This document shows positions 34,685-49,050 of a DNA stretch of 64,000 nucleotides, in pieces. A program made the translations under genes and the position numbers. Numbering within the stretch: the stretch's first letter is position 1; each line of letters begins with the position of its first letter. Source of the stretch: Haliotis rubra (Eukaryota); NCBI RefSeq assembly GCF_003918875.1, contig NW_025766966.1:310001-374000 (forward strand), read 5' to 3'. The notes beneath the pieces are model-generated. The model did no database searches. It was given only the letters and a program-made list of their open reading frames with translations, and was not told the origin of the DNA.

Positions 34685-37600
34685 TATCAACACTACTAGG
34701 GATACACCAAGACTAGAATGTTTCTATCTCCTAGCCCATAACAGATTTAGACTACAAACATCAAACTGGTGTTATAAGTTATTACCTGGCTGTTTGGGGA
34801 CTGAAACACTGTTTCTGTTATTAAAGGATACTTCATGGTGTGAGGAACATGATGCATCTTCATATATATGTCGGTGGTGTGGTCAGTCAAATAATGTACT
34901 TCCTTTCCTCATGGGGGTGAAACGGTACACTCTGACCGGAATTAAACAACATGCAAAAAACAATCCATAGGTGTCATGGTGGTTGAGGGAATATATGGGG
35001 AATCTCTCCATTACCTGAGTGTGTCTACTGATATCAAATATATCGACATGAATAGATGAAAGTTTATAACTCTGAAATTTGTCAAGTGAGATTCTGTCAT
35101 CATCCCGAGTCATCCTTCCCTTGTGTATATATATGGAGTCTCGAGTGTAAGTACAGCCAGCCAGCTGTCAGACATGTTAGGGAGGTCAACTGATTGTGAT
35201 TTAGGGCAACCAGTGACGTCACAATGGTCTGAAAGCCAAATTTTGTAGGTCAACCAGTGACGTCACAATGGTCTGCCAAGCCAAATTTAAACACTAGTGG
35301 ATCCAGCACAGAATGGTCAACCAGCATCACAGCTCACCTGACTTGAAGTCAGTGAGTTTATATCATGAGGTTTTGTCTGGTTGTCTGTCATCATCTTCTG
35401 TTCAATATTTATATTTTAAATAAGCTACTATTGACATTCACATATCTTCAACACCACCACTGAAACTAATAATATGGCTTGGAGTTGAAACTTACTTAGA
35501 ACAATTGTACCTGTGGTGCTAAACTGCTCATAGAATTTGAAGTTAAAACATGGTCACCATTATATCAACGTATTTCATGTGAGTGACTGACTTGAAGTTC
35601 CATTTTTCAGATACTGTTGGTCTGTCATATGAGGGATGTCAGGTAACCAACTATTTTAGTGTCATACCAAAGTCCCATGTTCGATTGAAGCCCATTCCTG
35701 ATGTTTTCCTGGAGAGATGCTGCTAGAATATTGCTAAAAGCACCATAAAACTCACTCACTCACTCGCTGAATCAGTTGCATTTATTCAGTTTGTGATTGG
35801 GTTCGTGGATTATATCGATGCTGTGGGCTTATTCTGTCACCGAATGCTATTGACATGGGCTTGTGACAAGACAATTAAATGTGACCTGTTGTATTTTTTG
35901 TTGTCATTTCCTACAGGACTGAACAGTCACCTGTCCATGTTTGAGGATTAATTTAATGATAGTTTTAGTGTTCACAAATTGCTACAAGATGGACATGTAA
36001 TCCACAATTAAGTTTAGAACAGCAAGCTTCATTGTTGGCTTCATGCATATTTAAATTGTCACAGTAAGGTATCGTCTTTGCCTGTATTACTTTTAACACT
36101 CCACCAAGTTTTAATCAATCTGTGAAAGGTTACATTTGTCGCAGTGTCGCTGGATTTGTGTAACCTATTACAGACGAGTGACTTTGATCCCAGAGAGGAA
36201 ATGAAACTGAAGGGAGGTGGTGGAAGCACGGAGTGTTTGATGGTTTGATCTCTCGGCCATGGCCAGAAGAAGAGCATCTCATCCTGGCTTCATCCGCAAC
36301 AAATCGGAACACAATCTCAGGCTTTGTGTGCATCAATTAATATTGAAGTTGAAGTGCGCAACTACTGTCCAAATTTTGTTGTGTGAATGTTGGATCAATG
36401 TGCAAAAACATTTTGTCTTGAGGGATCAGTTTTCTGGTCACTACTAACCACAATATTCTCACTAGTTACCAGTTCGATTTGAACAGTGAATACAAAACAT
36501 GCACAAACCATCCCCAAAAAGGTTACATATTACCTAAAGAAGTAGTAAAGCTATTGCATGAGTTAATGTTGGTTAAGATTCCAACATTCTATGTAACTGG
36601 AAGTCAATTTCTGATCATAAACCTACAATTTTAGTGCTATTTTCATTAAAACTCAGCCAAGTTCAGACATTTTGGCATCTTCAGACAGTAGCCTCTAAGT
36701 TTTATTTCAGGCTGAAGATATTTCTGACTCCATTTTTTACATTCATTTGGAGCAGTGTAAGGAAAAAAAGCGGTGATTGTACGTAAGGAATTCCTTGGGT
36801 GAAGTGATTACGAAGGAGGGGCCATTTCCTACATAACCCTGCCCTGAGGTTGTGAGATTATCCTTCTCCTTCACTGTTGGTGTACTTTGTGACCAGCTCT
36901 CCTCGTAATGAGGGACAGCCATGTGGAGGAAGCAGGGAGATGGAGATCGGACCAAGTGTGATATTGCATGCAATACGATTAAAAGTCACGCAATTGTCAA
37001 ATGAAGCATTTGTCCGTCAGGAGTTATGTGGGGATTGCGTATTGATGTGAGATTAAGTATCGGAATTGGCAAGTGATAAAAGGGAGATTTGCCTGAGATC
37101 CTGGCATGATTTGATGGGAGAACCACATTGGGACTTGCGGTAAAATTGCCACATTCGTAGGTGTGACATTGCTCGTAAATAGCATCACAGATTTATTGTC
37201 ATTGAGAATGTACTGTGATACTTCACACAGAAAGTCCCTATGGGTTCAATACTTCATTTCCGCTAAAGAAACTAATTTTGTTATCCGCATTACAACAGTC
37301 CCCCTGCACATGATTGCACTATGTCCTTTGCTGACCTTGCCCTGATTGGCTGTAAAACTGGTGATGTGGTGTTATACACTAATCACTCACTCACTTGAAG
37401 CTGCCCTTATAATATTCTCATCTGTATAGAGCTGACACAGACTAAATCACCCAGTACTCCATCGTGATTGTCATCAAGTTGATATGAGTGACAATGGCAG
37501 CAATTATGACATGGTGGAATGTATAATGCTCAAAAGAAGTTTAGGTAATAATTTCATAGTATTGTATTTAATCTGTCATCTCTGATCGGTATTGCAACAC

Positions 37601-38269
37601 GGTCTTCCACTTGTGGGTGTATGTTTAACTTCTGTTGAGCGGTATATATCATCCCGAGCAGGGCTTTACTTAGACTTACAAAAGTGCTGGTCCAGGGGAC
37701 CCCCATCAATACATTTTACAGGTCTTTACCGGTGATGTTAGGGTCCTGTAAAGTATTTAAATGATGTTGTACTGTACGTTCAGATATTAACTTCAGAGCC
37801 TGGAATGAATCAGTGGCCATGTGGACAGTGGTCATCACTGGTGGGTGAAATAACAGACACAGATGACTGACTACCCATAATGTGCTGTAGTTACGCTGAT
37901 GGTATTTTTGTGCGTCTCCCCGGACATGGTATTTTGTGTTTTCTGTGTCTCTACATTGGTGTACTGGCCACACATTTGTGCATGACCTAAAACCCTGATC
38001 CTGAGGTGCTGATTGTTGCCCATGCACTTGTTACCTTGTTTATGTTTTTACCTGGCGGCAATGATAAAGCACAAGACAGACGTTCTGTACCTTCGTTGTA
38101 TTATGTTGTGAACACAGAGATTTATCTGGAGCTGCTCAGAGGCTGATATTTGGCACCAAATCTGCAGCAAATGTCAGAAAAAGTCCCAAAATAGGAACTA
38201 AGATTCCTCCCATATATAATACAAAACCGATAGCCATCTTTGTGGCCATTTGTGAGATAACCTGTATTT

Positions 38270-40147
38270 GTCTGATGGAGGATAGATGTTTGTGAAGGTG
38301 GTTTTAACTTGGTTGCTTACCTCTTGTAGGTGAATATTATCTTGCATCAATTGAACATTGCTGCAAATGTTACAGAATGTAGTTACTACACTATGCTCTT
38401 TTGTTTGACTCAGTTGTAAAGTAGGACACATGTTGGAGATTATAGTTACTACATTAATCTTGACCTCTTGACTTAGTTGTAAAGTAGGACAGATGTTGGA
38501 GATTATAGTTACTACATTAATCTTGACCTCTTGACTCAGTTGTAAAGTAAGACACATGTTGGAGATTATAGTTACTACATTAATCTTGACCTCTTGACTT
38601 AGTTGTAAATCTTGACTAAGTTGTAAAGTAGGACACATGTAGGTTACTACACATGTTGGAGATTAGATTATAGTTACTACATTAATCTTGACCTCTTGAC
38701 TTAGTTGTAAAGTAGGACACATGTTGGAGATTATAGTTACTACATTAATCTTGACCTCTTGACTTAGTTGTAAAGTAGGACACATGTTGGAGATTGTAGT
38801 TACTACATTAATCTCGACCTCTTGACTTAGTTGTAAAGTAGGACAAATGTTACAGATTATAGTTAATACATTAATCTTGACCTCTTGACTCAGTTGTAAA
38901 GTAGGACACATGTTGGAGATTATAGTTACTACATTAATCTTGACCTCTTGACTCAGTTGTAAAGTAAGACACATGTTGGAGATTATAGTTACTACATTAA
39001 TCTTGACCTCTTGACTTAGTTGTAAAGTAGGACACGTGTTGGAGATTATAGTTACTACATTAATCTTGACCTCTTGACTCAGTTGTAAAGTAGGACACAT
39101 GTTGGAGATTATAGTTACTACATTAATCTTGACCTCTTGACTTAGTTGTAAAGTAGGTCACATGTTGGAGATTGTAGTTACTACATTAATCTCGACCTCT
39201 TGACTAAGTTGTAAAGTAGGACACATGTTGGAGATTATAGTTACTACATTAATCTCGACCTCTTGACTTAGTTGTAAAGTAGGACACGTGTTGGAGATTA
39301 TAGTTACTACATTAATCTTGACCTCTTGACTTAGTTGTAAAGTAGGACACATGTTGGAGATTATAGTTACTACATTAATCTTGACCTCTTGACTTAGTTG
39401 TAAAGTAGGTCACATGTTGGAGATTGTAGTTACTACATTAATCTCGACCTCTTGACTAAGTTGTAAAGTAGGACACATGTTGGAGATTATAGTTACTACA
39501 TTAATCTCGACCTCTTGACTTAGTTGTAAAGTAGGACACATGTTGGAGATTATAGTTACTACATTAATCTTGACCTCTTGACTTAGTTGTAAAGTAGGAC
39601 ACATGTTGGAGATTATAGTTACTACATTAATCTTGACCTCTTGACTTAGTTGTAAAGTAGGACACATGTTGGAGATTGTAGTTACTACATTAATCTCGAC
39701 CTCTTGACTTAGTTGTAAAGTAGGACAAATGTTACAGATTATAGTTAATACATTAATCTTGACCTCTTGACTCAGTTGTAAAGTAGGACACATGTTGGAG
39801 ATTATAGTTACTACAATAATCTTGACCTTGACTCAGTTGTAAAGTAGGACACATGTTGGAGATTATAGTTACTACATTAATCTTGACCTCTTGACTTAGT
39901 TGTAAAGTAGGACACATGTTACAGATTATAGTTACTACATTTATCTTGACTTAGTTGTAAAGTAGGACACATGTTGGAGATTATAGTTACTACATTAATC
40001 TTGACCTCTTGACTCAGTTGTAAAGTAGGACACATGTTGGAGATTGTAGTTACTACATTAAACTTGACCTCTTGACTCAGTTGTAAAGTAGGAGATTATA
40101 GTTACTACATTAATCTTGACCTCTTGACTCAGTTGTAAAGTAGGACA
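38270..40147. repeat. 63-bp minisatellite array, roughly 27-29 units
   Basis: Unit GACACATGTTGGAGATTATAGTTACTACATTAATCTTGACCTCTTGACTYAGTTGTAAAGTAG; diverged units at the left edge. Confidence 0.97.
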
Positions 40148-41824
40148 AGCTGGCTTGCAGCATTTGCAACAACAATCAGAAGTAATGTATACTACTTGAA
40201 AGCATTAAAGAACAGTTATTCTTGTGTGTTAAACTTCAAAGAAGTAGAAAGTAATTATTTACTTTGGAGAAGGGTTTGTTTCCTCATTAGATGTTTGCAG
40301 TGGTTGAGACAATGTTTCAAAAGCTGACAATTATTTCCCCTTGTTTGACTTTCTGCTGTTTTATCATTTTTCTAATCCATCAAAGCTGAAACAGTTGTGT
40401 AAATAAAAATGAATCAATAATATTTCTGTTTCATTTTCTGATGCTAGCATTAAGCTTTGGACAGTTGAGTTTGTAAAAAGAATAATTAATGATCGTGTCA
40501 CCTTGTTTCTGTCATGTTCGGTTCCTGCTGCAGTGTTATCCTTTTCTCTGTTTAACCTCATGAAGAACAAGACGTAGATATATATATTGGTTCATATTCT
40601 GTGTGTGATGTACAATCCTTTTACTCTCAGAAAAGTCAGCCTGTTACAGAAACGGTAATTTGATCCAGTCTTTTGAAGTTTTAAACACACAATCTAATGG
40701 CATTTATCACCTGGCCTAATCTGCTAAATGTGGTAACAGTGTGTTGACCTTGTTTGATCCTTGTTCATGAGACCAATACAAGTGGGTGCATGTTTTCAAC
40801 TGCTATGATATTATTTCAATATTGCAATATGGGCAACTCATAGTGGACTTATGACATACAGGAAATTGAATCCAGATCTGTGAAGTGGTGGTAATTTATT
40901 TGATAGAGTTATGTCCCTTTGTTGTGTCAGGATCTGCAGAATGTGGTTTCAGATGCAGATAGCCTTCATCAGTCCATGCTTGTCTGCTACCCACATAATA
41001 ACATAACACCCTGTCATATATGGAAATTAATGCAGAGAAAAGATCACTGTAAAAAAAATTTCATCATTGAATCTTACCCTCAGATGAGGGACCAATAGTG
41101 TAATTTATGAGTACACAGTAGCAAGAAGCCAGCTGTGATGTTGGGGAGTGAAGTGGTCTTTAATTTCTCAAAACATTGTTTTCCTATGAAGGACAGAAAA
41201 TTCTTAAGCCTGTTTATGTTTTAAGACTGCCAAGCATATATGATGTAGGTATCCTCCCATTACCCCTACAGCTTATAACAACAATGTTCACGGTCCAATG
41301 CACTGCTAATCCCCTTCGTGTTACCTGTTACCTGGACAATGGACTAGCCCAAACACATGAACACAAGATTTAATGTTTCAATTTATGGATTTAATTACAC
41401 AAATAAATGAATATAATACACAGATATCTTCCTGGTCGTGACATGAATATGAGCAGCAGGTCATGTTAACTTTTTAATGTTAATTTTGGTCTTTTAAACA
41501 AGACAATGAGTCTTTAGGTTAAGCCTCTGGGCTGTATACATTACATTGCACAGAGTTGTCCCACTTTCCTGTGTACACTGGACACCTCATTGTATTCTAA
41601 GTGAACGAAAGAGCTTATACAATAATTTAAGAGAATTTGTGTGTCGTTAATTTGATAAATGAGTCTGAACTAGTTTTTAGGTAAATATCATCACATTTAT
41701 CGTGGTTGGTTGGTTGGTTGCCACTGCATACTGGTCACATTTGCGACAGATTTTATATAGTCATACTTCAAACACATCAACTGATTTACAAAGTCATTTT
41801 TTAAAGTATGTTTTAGACATGTAC

Positions 41825-42025
41825 ACTCTTGAAGATCTGGATCAGAATCTTCAGCAACTCATGTTGGAGGCAGCTAACAGAGTGGGTGGTCAGGCTGACT
41901 GACTTGGTTGACACATGTCCAATTGCGTAGAGCGATGCTCATATGTTGATCACTAGATCACTGGTTCAGGCTCAGTTATTTACAGACTGCCACCATATTG
42001 CTGTGTTAAATAGCAAACAAGCAAA
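41825..42025 (+). mobile_element. Decayed SINE family B copy
   Basis: TGAAGATCTGGATCAGAATCTTCAG head; GGGTGGTCAGGCTGACTGACTTGGTTGACACATGTC body. Confidence 0.8.
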
Positions 42026-42160
42026 ACTACGTGTACCTTATAATGAGGTATATATTCTGTTCTGGCATGACAGATTAAAGGTAGTAATTTTGAAAAAGTG
42101 GGTGTTCCTTTACTTGGTTTGAGTAGTGGTTTGGGATTTCTTAAGGGTCCTACATTATAA

Positions 42161-42610
42161 GTTGTTCACTGGTCACGGGGGTGGCATGGGTTGATGTACC
42201 CTCGATGTTTGTTTATAAACAAACATCAAGAGTACATCAACCCATGGGCCCCGAGGGACCAGTGAACAACGTATTTATCTTTCCGAACACCTTAATGTTA
42301 ATTTTGAATTGTTTGAAGCACGGCTACAAATTTTTTTGTAGCCATCGCTAGATTTTGCTGACAAGAAAAACAGATTTAGAGTTATCTCCCTTCCATATAT
42401 TTGCATTCACAAAACATCGGTAATTTCTGTACATCATACATGATTCAATGTTATTCGAGATGAAGAATTACTACCACGAAGTACCAGATGAGTTGCCATT
42501 GACAGCGGGGTACATTGAAATGTTACCCGCTTGTAAGCGGGGTACATTGAAAATAATAGAAGAGCGCTCAGCCAATCAGAAAGCGACATTTATGTGTGAG
42601 GTGAGGTAAA
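42161..42610. mobile_element. Element with a ~110-bp palindrome and CAGCCAATCAGAAAGCG end (Crypton-like, tentative)
   Basis: GTTGTTCACTGGTC..CATGGGTTGATGTAC..GATGTTTGTTTATAAACAAACATC..GTACATCAACCCATG..GACCAGTGAACAAC (42161-42270). Confidence 0.55.
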
Positions 42611-42639
42611 AAGTATTAACAGATGTTCAACAGGAGTGA

Positions 42640-42993
42640 AGTGAGGTGAGGTGAAATTGGGTTTAACGTGCTTGAGAATATTTCTCTCATATGACAACGT
42701 GCATGCGTGTGTATGTGTATGTGTGGCTGCTTGTACTAGCCCAGACTGAAGCTGGTTTTATAGTGCTAGCTCACTGAGATACCATGCCGCAGTGAAGCGT
42801 GAATACCCCACTCAGACACATTATACTGACTCCAAGCCGACTGGTCCTTGTTGTAACCATTAATGCCGATCGCCAGGCAGAGACCAACAAGTACCATATT
42901 TTAACGTCTTTTGGTTTGACGTGGTCAGGGATTGAACCCGCGACCTTCCGCTCTCCAGGCGGACACTCTAACCACTACACCATAGAGGCGGTC
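42640..42993 (-). mobile_element. Full-length SINE family C copy
   Basis: TSD TCAACAGGAGTGA; complete tRNA-like head (reverse complement GACCGCCTCTATGGTGTAGTGGTTAGAGTG). Confidence 0.92.
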
Positions 42994-43000
42994 TCAACAG

Positions 43001-43138
43001 GAGTGAGTGAGTGAGTATGATTTTACACTGCTTTTATCATGATGGGGGGACACCAGAAATGGGCTTCACACATTGTACCCATGTGGGGAATTGAACCAGA
43101 TTCTTTGGTGTAATGAGCTAACGCTTTAACCACTAGGC
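43001..43138 (-). mobile_element. SINE family A copy (host of the adjacent C insertion)
   Basis: Consensus match; outer duplication TGTTYAACAGGA. Confidence 0.85.
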
Positions 43139-44021
43139 TGTTTAACAGGACTATCAGAAATGTTGTACATGGTATAGACAAAATAGAAGAAAATAATGTG
43201 ACTTATGTTGGTGACATTGTGGAAATGTTTACTGATGTCCAGTGGAAATTTGGTGACTCCTAAGTGTAAGATTTAAAGCAATGAGCATGACATTTTTTGA
43301 AAAAAATATAACATATGATAGAATGAGCGAATAAATCTATATTTAGCCAGTACCTGTGCTGAAACTGCTCTTCTGTTGTAATGACTTAACTTATCACTGT
43401 ACGAGGTACCAAATGTCAGATTCTGATATATGTGTTGAGTGTATAATATCAAACAGTTTTGTGAAATATGAAATGATTGTAACTTGTGCTAATCTTGCAC
43501 CTTTAAGATCTGTGTGAAAACGCATACGTCAAACCATGAATTAGTCATGAGGTAAAGCATGACGATGGAGACGTGCTGTCATTACCTGGTATTGTCTGTG
43601 GTATCCCCCTCCACCTATGACTGTAGGGGCATCTAGATCGGCTATCTAGGGTTGTGGCGAGCCTTTGAAATCTAGTCCTTCCTAATCCCATGTCTCCTGA
43701 TGACTATCAGCAGCGGGTTGATTATGAAAGCAGGATTACCTTGTAACTACACCACCAGCTGTACTGAACCAGGGTTCAGAGGCTCCCACAACGTTCTGGT
43801 GGCGTACAGTTGTCACTCGACTGGCGCACAGACATAATGCCAAGTACATATAGAGACATAGTATGGTTAGGATGTCAACTGTTTGAGTCATCGCTTGAGC
43901 AAAAAAGTAAATGTATTTTTTAATCAGGTGTTATGCAAGTATATAATTTGTTGGGATGTCAACATGGTCATGGTATTTCCTTATCCAGGGTGAAGTTTGC
44001 ATATTGAGTAGATTGATTGAA

Positions 44022-44860
44022 ATGGAATAGTTTGACACATACTGGATAGCTTGTGTAAATGTGGAATAGTTAGAGACATACTGAATAGCTTGTGTAAATG
44101 TGGAATAGTTTGACAAATACTAAATAGCTTGTGTAAATGTGGAATAGTTTGACACATGCTGAATAGCTTTGTGTAAATGTGGAATAGTTTGACTCATACT
44201 GAATAGCTTGTGTAAATGTGGAATAGTTTGACACATACTAAATAGCTTGTGTAAATGTGGAATAGTTTGACACATACTGAATAGCAGCTATGTTGAATAG
44301 TTTGACACATACTGAATAGCTTTGTGTAAATGTGGAATAGTTTGACTCATACTAAATAGCTTGTGTAAATGTGGAATAGTTTGACACATACTGAATAGCA
44401 GCTATGTTGAATAGTTTGACACATACTGAATAGCTTTGTGTAAATGTGGAATAGTTTGACTCATACTAAATAGCAGCTATGTGTAAATGTGGAATAGTTT
44501 GACACATACTGAATAGCTTTGTGTAAATATGGAATAGTTTGACACATATCACATTCATTAAATAGTTTACAAGTGTTAAATAACTTGACTTCCTGAATAG
44601 CTATGTATGCATATGGAATATTTGGATACATCAGATACTATGATACACTGCATAGGTATGTTGATTATATGGAATAGTTTAACACTCATGCAATGCTTAG
44701 CATTGTATGGCATACTTGTGTTAACATATGGACTATTTAAATCTGTATGGAATAGCTATGTTTGCATTAGGAATAGTTTAACACATTTGGAATATTTCTC
44801 CATATTAATATATCTACACACACTGAATAGTTATCACATACTGAATATTTCCACAAATAT
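44022..44860. repeat. ~39-bp minisatellite with a decayed 3' flank
   Basis: GGAATAGTTTGACACATACTGAATAGCTTGTGTAAATGT ~13 copies (44022-44548), then degenerate GAATAG units. Confidence 0.92.
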
Positions 44861-45055
44861 TGAATCAATTTATCCACATGGATATTTTTAGTTTATAGAA
44901 CAATTATATAAAGGTCAAATGGTTCTACTACTTTGGGACACAGGTTGATGGTCACACATATGTCAAATACTTGTATCAGTGTAGTAGCAGGGAACTTTTT
45001 AATAGTTATCATGTACTGAGGAATGGTGCTGTTCCTTCATACTGAATATAAATTA

Positions 45056-45444
45056 TAGGGGTGGGTATTGCAGAGAATTTTCATATTGCGATATGTATTG
45101 CAATATATTGCAAGAAGGTTGTTTTGACAATAAACTACTTATAATCGAGTTAACTCTTTATTTATAAAGCAAAAACACAACAAAATCACTATGGTTGATT
45201 AAGCTTTCATAAAAGCTTTTAATCATGACAAAATAATAGTATAGATAATATTTAAATGTAATTTTCACCACGATCATTACCACCACCATTACCACAGTTG
45301 CCACGATCATCAAGGTTTCCGAGTGTTACGAAGTTTTCCGAATGCATGTCAAAATACCGGTTTTCGATCAGCATATCGCAATATGTATCGTTTTCATATC
45401 TGAACCGGTTAATACTGGTAAACCGGTTATATTGCGTAGCCCTA
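45056..45444. mobile_element. hAT-type MITE
   Basis: TAGGG...CCCTA termini, subterminal ATATTGCGATATG/CATATCGCAATAT, 8-bp TSD ATAAATTA/ATAAATAA. Confidence 0.75.
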
Positions 45445-48400
45445 ATAAATAATTATTCATTATCCAGCTTATCATATGGCTTTTGTCATTCGACTTTCAC
45501 AGTGCAGCAGACAGTGTTGCCTAATAGTGTGACTGGTATTTGAGTTCAGTGTGTTGAGGGAGGGGACCTGACTCTGTACCTGACTGCAGTGCAAGCAACC
45601 CCCTGATCCCATTCATCAACACTTGTGGTGCAGTCCTCACCACCACTGCTCCAATACCACCGCAGCAACATCACCACCTCAACCTGGTCTCACCTCAGAC
45701 ACCAAATGTGACAGAGACAGAATATCCTGTAATGAACCCATTAGAAGTACTGCACTCTCTCCTGGTGTAGAAGTTCATCTGGGAACAGAAAAAATGGCGG
45801 AAATTTACAATGAGACTTGCGTCTAATTCCTCTTGTCATTCAGGGATATTGTGTGAAGCTACTGCAAAGTCTTATTAAGCCTTTGGTTCTCTGTTGTGTT
45901 GAAACAAAAATTCTTGATGAAGGCCAAAACAAATTTATCACTTGTTCCATGGATGTATTTTGGGCAGCTTTGTAAGATGGTTCCTTGATTGGGATTAGAT
46001 TTAAGAGAGCACGTTGTGAACCAGGACAATTAAGCCTTGACTTTAAGAAAGTCAGCAAAGAACATCCTCTCATCAAGTGCTATTATTTCCATTCTGTGAC
46101 ATTTTGTCAGTACTAAGATGTATCGCTGCCAAAACAAATAATCAACATTTTTTGTTTCATGAAAGTAATCCAGCCCTTTAAAAAAGGAAATTGTCCTCAA
46201 AAGAAGTATCAATTAATTTGTGGTGGCCTAATGTGTGAAATAGAGGGAAACTCGGGCTTAGCTTTGCTTTGAAGTGTATTTTTTGTTCCAGACAATGAAA
46301 GCATGGCAGTCCCGCTCTTTGAAGTGTAGGTTTGGTCACCATGGACCCGAATCTATTGATTGATGGATGGTGTGTGGAGGTTGCTTCAGCTTTCTTGCGT
46401 ACAAAAGTGAGCCTGGCTTTGTTATAGATTACCTGTTATACCTATTGTATATGAGGGATAATACATTTTCAGGTATGAAATTAGGAATTGATTAAAAAAA
46501 ATTCAATTAACTGTTTCTCCTGTTGAGGAATATAGTGAGTCAGGGTGAGAAACTTGTCAGTGATTGTGTTCATGTCTCTGTATGTCGGCATGCATGCATG
46601 CATTCATGCATTTAGTGCATGTGTACAGATTTCGTGCCACAGTATTTTCTGACATAATATTCATAATCATTGTTTCCTCGGACATCAAAGTCAAATGACA
46701 TCAAAGTTACTCTGACACTGAGGCTGGCATTCTGTACATTTTACATTCAAGACACTGGTTGTTTTTGTTTGCAAACACAAAAAGTTGGACGATAATTTAG
46801 GAAAATGAACAGTTTCTCCACCATGCTTTCCAAACTTAAATCTGTCAGGACTGATTGACAGAAGCAAGCCTTGGAAATTGGTTATTTAATCAACTTATGT
46901 TGGTATATTTGATCTTGCAAGATGCTTGGGTTACATTCTTTATGTCTCCAAGGAACTCCAGAATTCTTCATTCCTTAAATTTAGTGTTCTGAACTGTGGA
47001 CTTTTGTAAATATAGCTCAGTTTAAGAAGCAACTGTGTGTTGACAAATTGTCTTCTTTGTTAATAAGATTTGAGTGTCATGGTTTTTGTTTTGTAAGGAT
47101 TGAAATCTTACAGACCTGATTGAGAATGTTTTTTGCCATTTATTCTTCAAATGGAGCAGTCATTGTACTGAAGTAGGGACATAGTGTTCTAAGGTTAATG
47201 AACTGACAATGAAGAGTTGTCTCCCTCAGTCATAGCAGGATCCACTGATTGTGAATTCAGATTCTTAGTCCTCCTTCATTATTATTCTTGACCTGATGAC
47301 ACCATACCATTTCTCACTTATGTGTTAAAATCTAGCTTTCTGTTTCTCCAGGACTTAAAACCAGTATATTAACAAAATATGACATCAACCCACGTTTTTT
47401 TGCTAATGACCTTTAAACACTAGATTTTTGCATGAGGACTAAAACTGTGGGGACCTGAGCTGAAACCAATCTTCTCAACTTGTTTATGGCATTAAAATCA
47501 ACATTTTAATGGGTTTGTGTTTTATAAATTGATACCAGTTCAAAATCATAAGCACTGTTTTCTCAGAATCCATATGGGCAAAGATGCTGGTCTTCACTGC
47601 AGCATCACAATTGGTCTTTTTTTTCACCATAAAAAGGCAGTAGTGGTTCTCAAGAATTAATTTTCTTATTCATCAAGTTCTAGAGAAACTTAAGTCTCAT
47701 GGTTTAGCAGCTTTAAGTGTACAAGTGCAAACAAGTGAAATTAATAATTCTGAAATTACATGCAAACAATATATCATCAGCCTTTGTCATTTGAATAAAT
47801 AGAATTGTCCTGTTCAGATTGTTGAAAGATATGTTTTAAGTTGGAAGAAAATTCTTTGAACCAAATAAAAGTTGACAGAACTCTTTATTCTGGATGGAAG
47901 AAACACTCGCAGCTCATCATTTAACGAGTCAAAGTGGTCGGCACTGCGGCTGCGGATCCCAGACATGCCTTCAGGACAGAATACTCCATAGGCTTTTGTA
48001 AAGTCCGGATAGAAAAACAAACAACAGTATCACCTTTATCACTGACATCTTTTGCCTCTGAAATCAGCCAGGTAGAAACAGAAGCCATTCCCAGCTGTGA
48101 TTTATCACACGGTGAAGGTGTAATTGTCCCATGTTATCAGGCATCAGGGAAGAAGCTCTGCTGATTAGCAGGAGAAATTGCTGCTCTCTGCTTCGTCCTG
48201 CTGCTGGTGGTGGTGGATTAGTCTGAGCTGACCGCACCAGACGCATTAATTATTGGCAACTGTGTGAATTGCAGCGGTATATCACGCTATTTGCCTATCA
48301 GGACACTGGACAAAGCCGTTGCCGTGAGTCTCCAAGAGAGGCATCTTATCCAGTTTTCTCTGCTGTGGGATTTATTGGGTCTGATCTATACTTTTCATTT

Positions 48401-49050
48401 CATATCAAGTCAGCAGTAAGTGATTTATTCAGCTGGGACTGTTAGTTTTTGTAATTATTGGATTATGATGGTGATTGTTGAGGGATGACACTAACAACGT
48501 GTCAGAAACTGGCTTTGATAGCGCAGAGATATTGATGTTTGGACCCTCATATATTTGGGCATTATTTCTAGGTATGGGAAACAGTGGGGAAAATACCACT
48601 TCAACAGAAGTCAAGAATGAACAAGCAATTACATTTTTATCATATTTTTTATTTTCTAGATGTTTATTTTCAAATAAAATATTATTTCTCGGACTTATAA
48701 TTAGTCAACAAGTGGGTCAATACCAATTTTTGCTGTACATGGACCTGTTTCGGTCTTTGAAGACATAAAATTTGTTTTACGGAACTGTTTCCTTTTCTTA
48801 ATTGTGTATGATGCTGATGTTTGGACATTGAAGGAGAATTAAACCACACTGACACCAGCTAGTCAAAATTATTTATGGCTGCAATGAATCAATTATTGGA
48901 CTTACAACTATTTTCTAAATAGGTGATCTGAAAGGCGTTATTCTGAATGTTTTTATTTTGTACTAAACTAAGCAAATCATCTGTAGTCCTTAACTGTCAG
49001 CTGAAGTTATACTAGCTTCAGACGTATACTATTGTGAACTTGAGAATGGA

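Noticed and set aside
38198-39793. Repetitive protein MCPTLQLSQEVKINVVTIISN
   Set aside because: Unit length is simply a multiple of 3; stops and frameshifts are propagated; no splice or start context
45580-45826. Pro/His/Thr-rich possible exon
   Set aside because: Open frame is short, with no convincing splice pair and no recognisable homology
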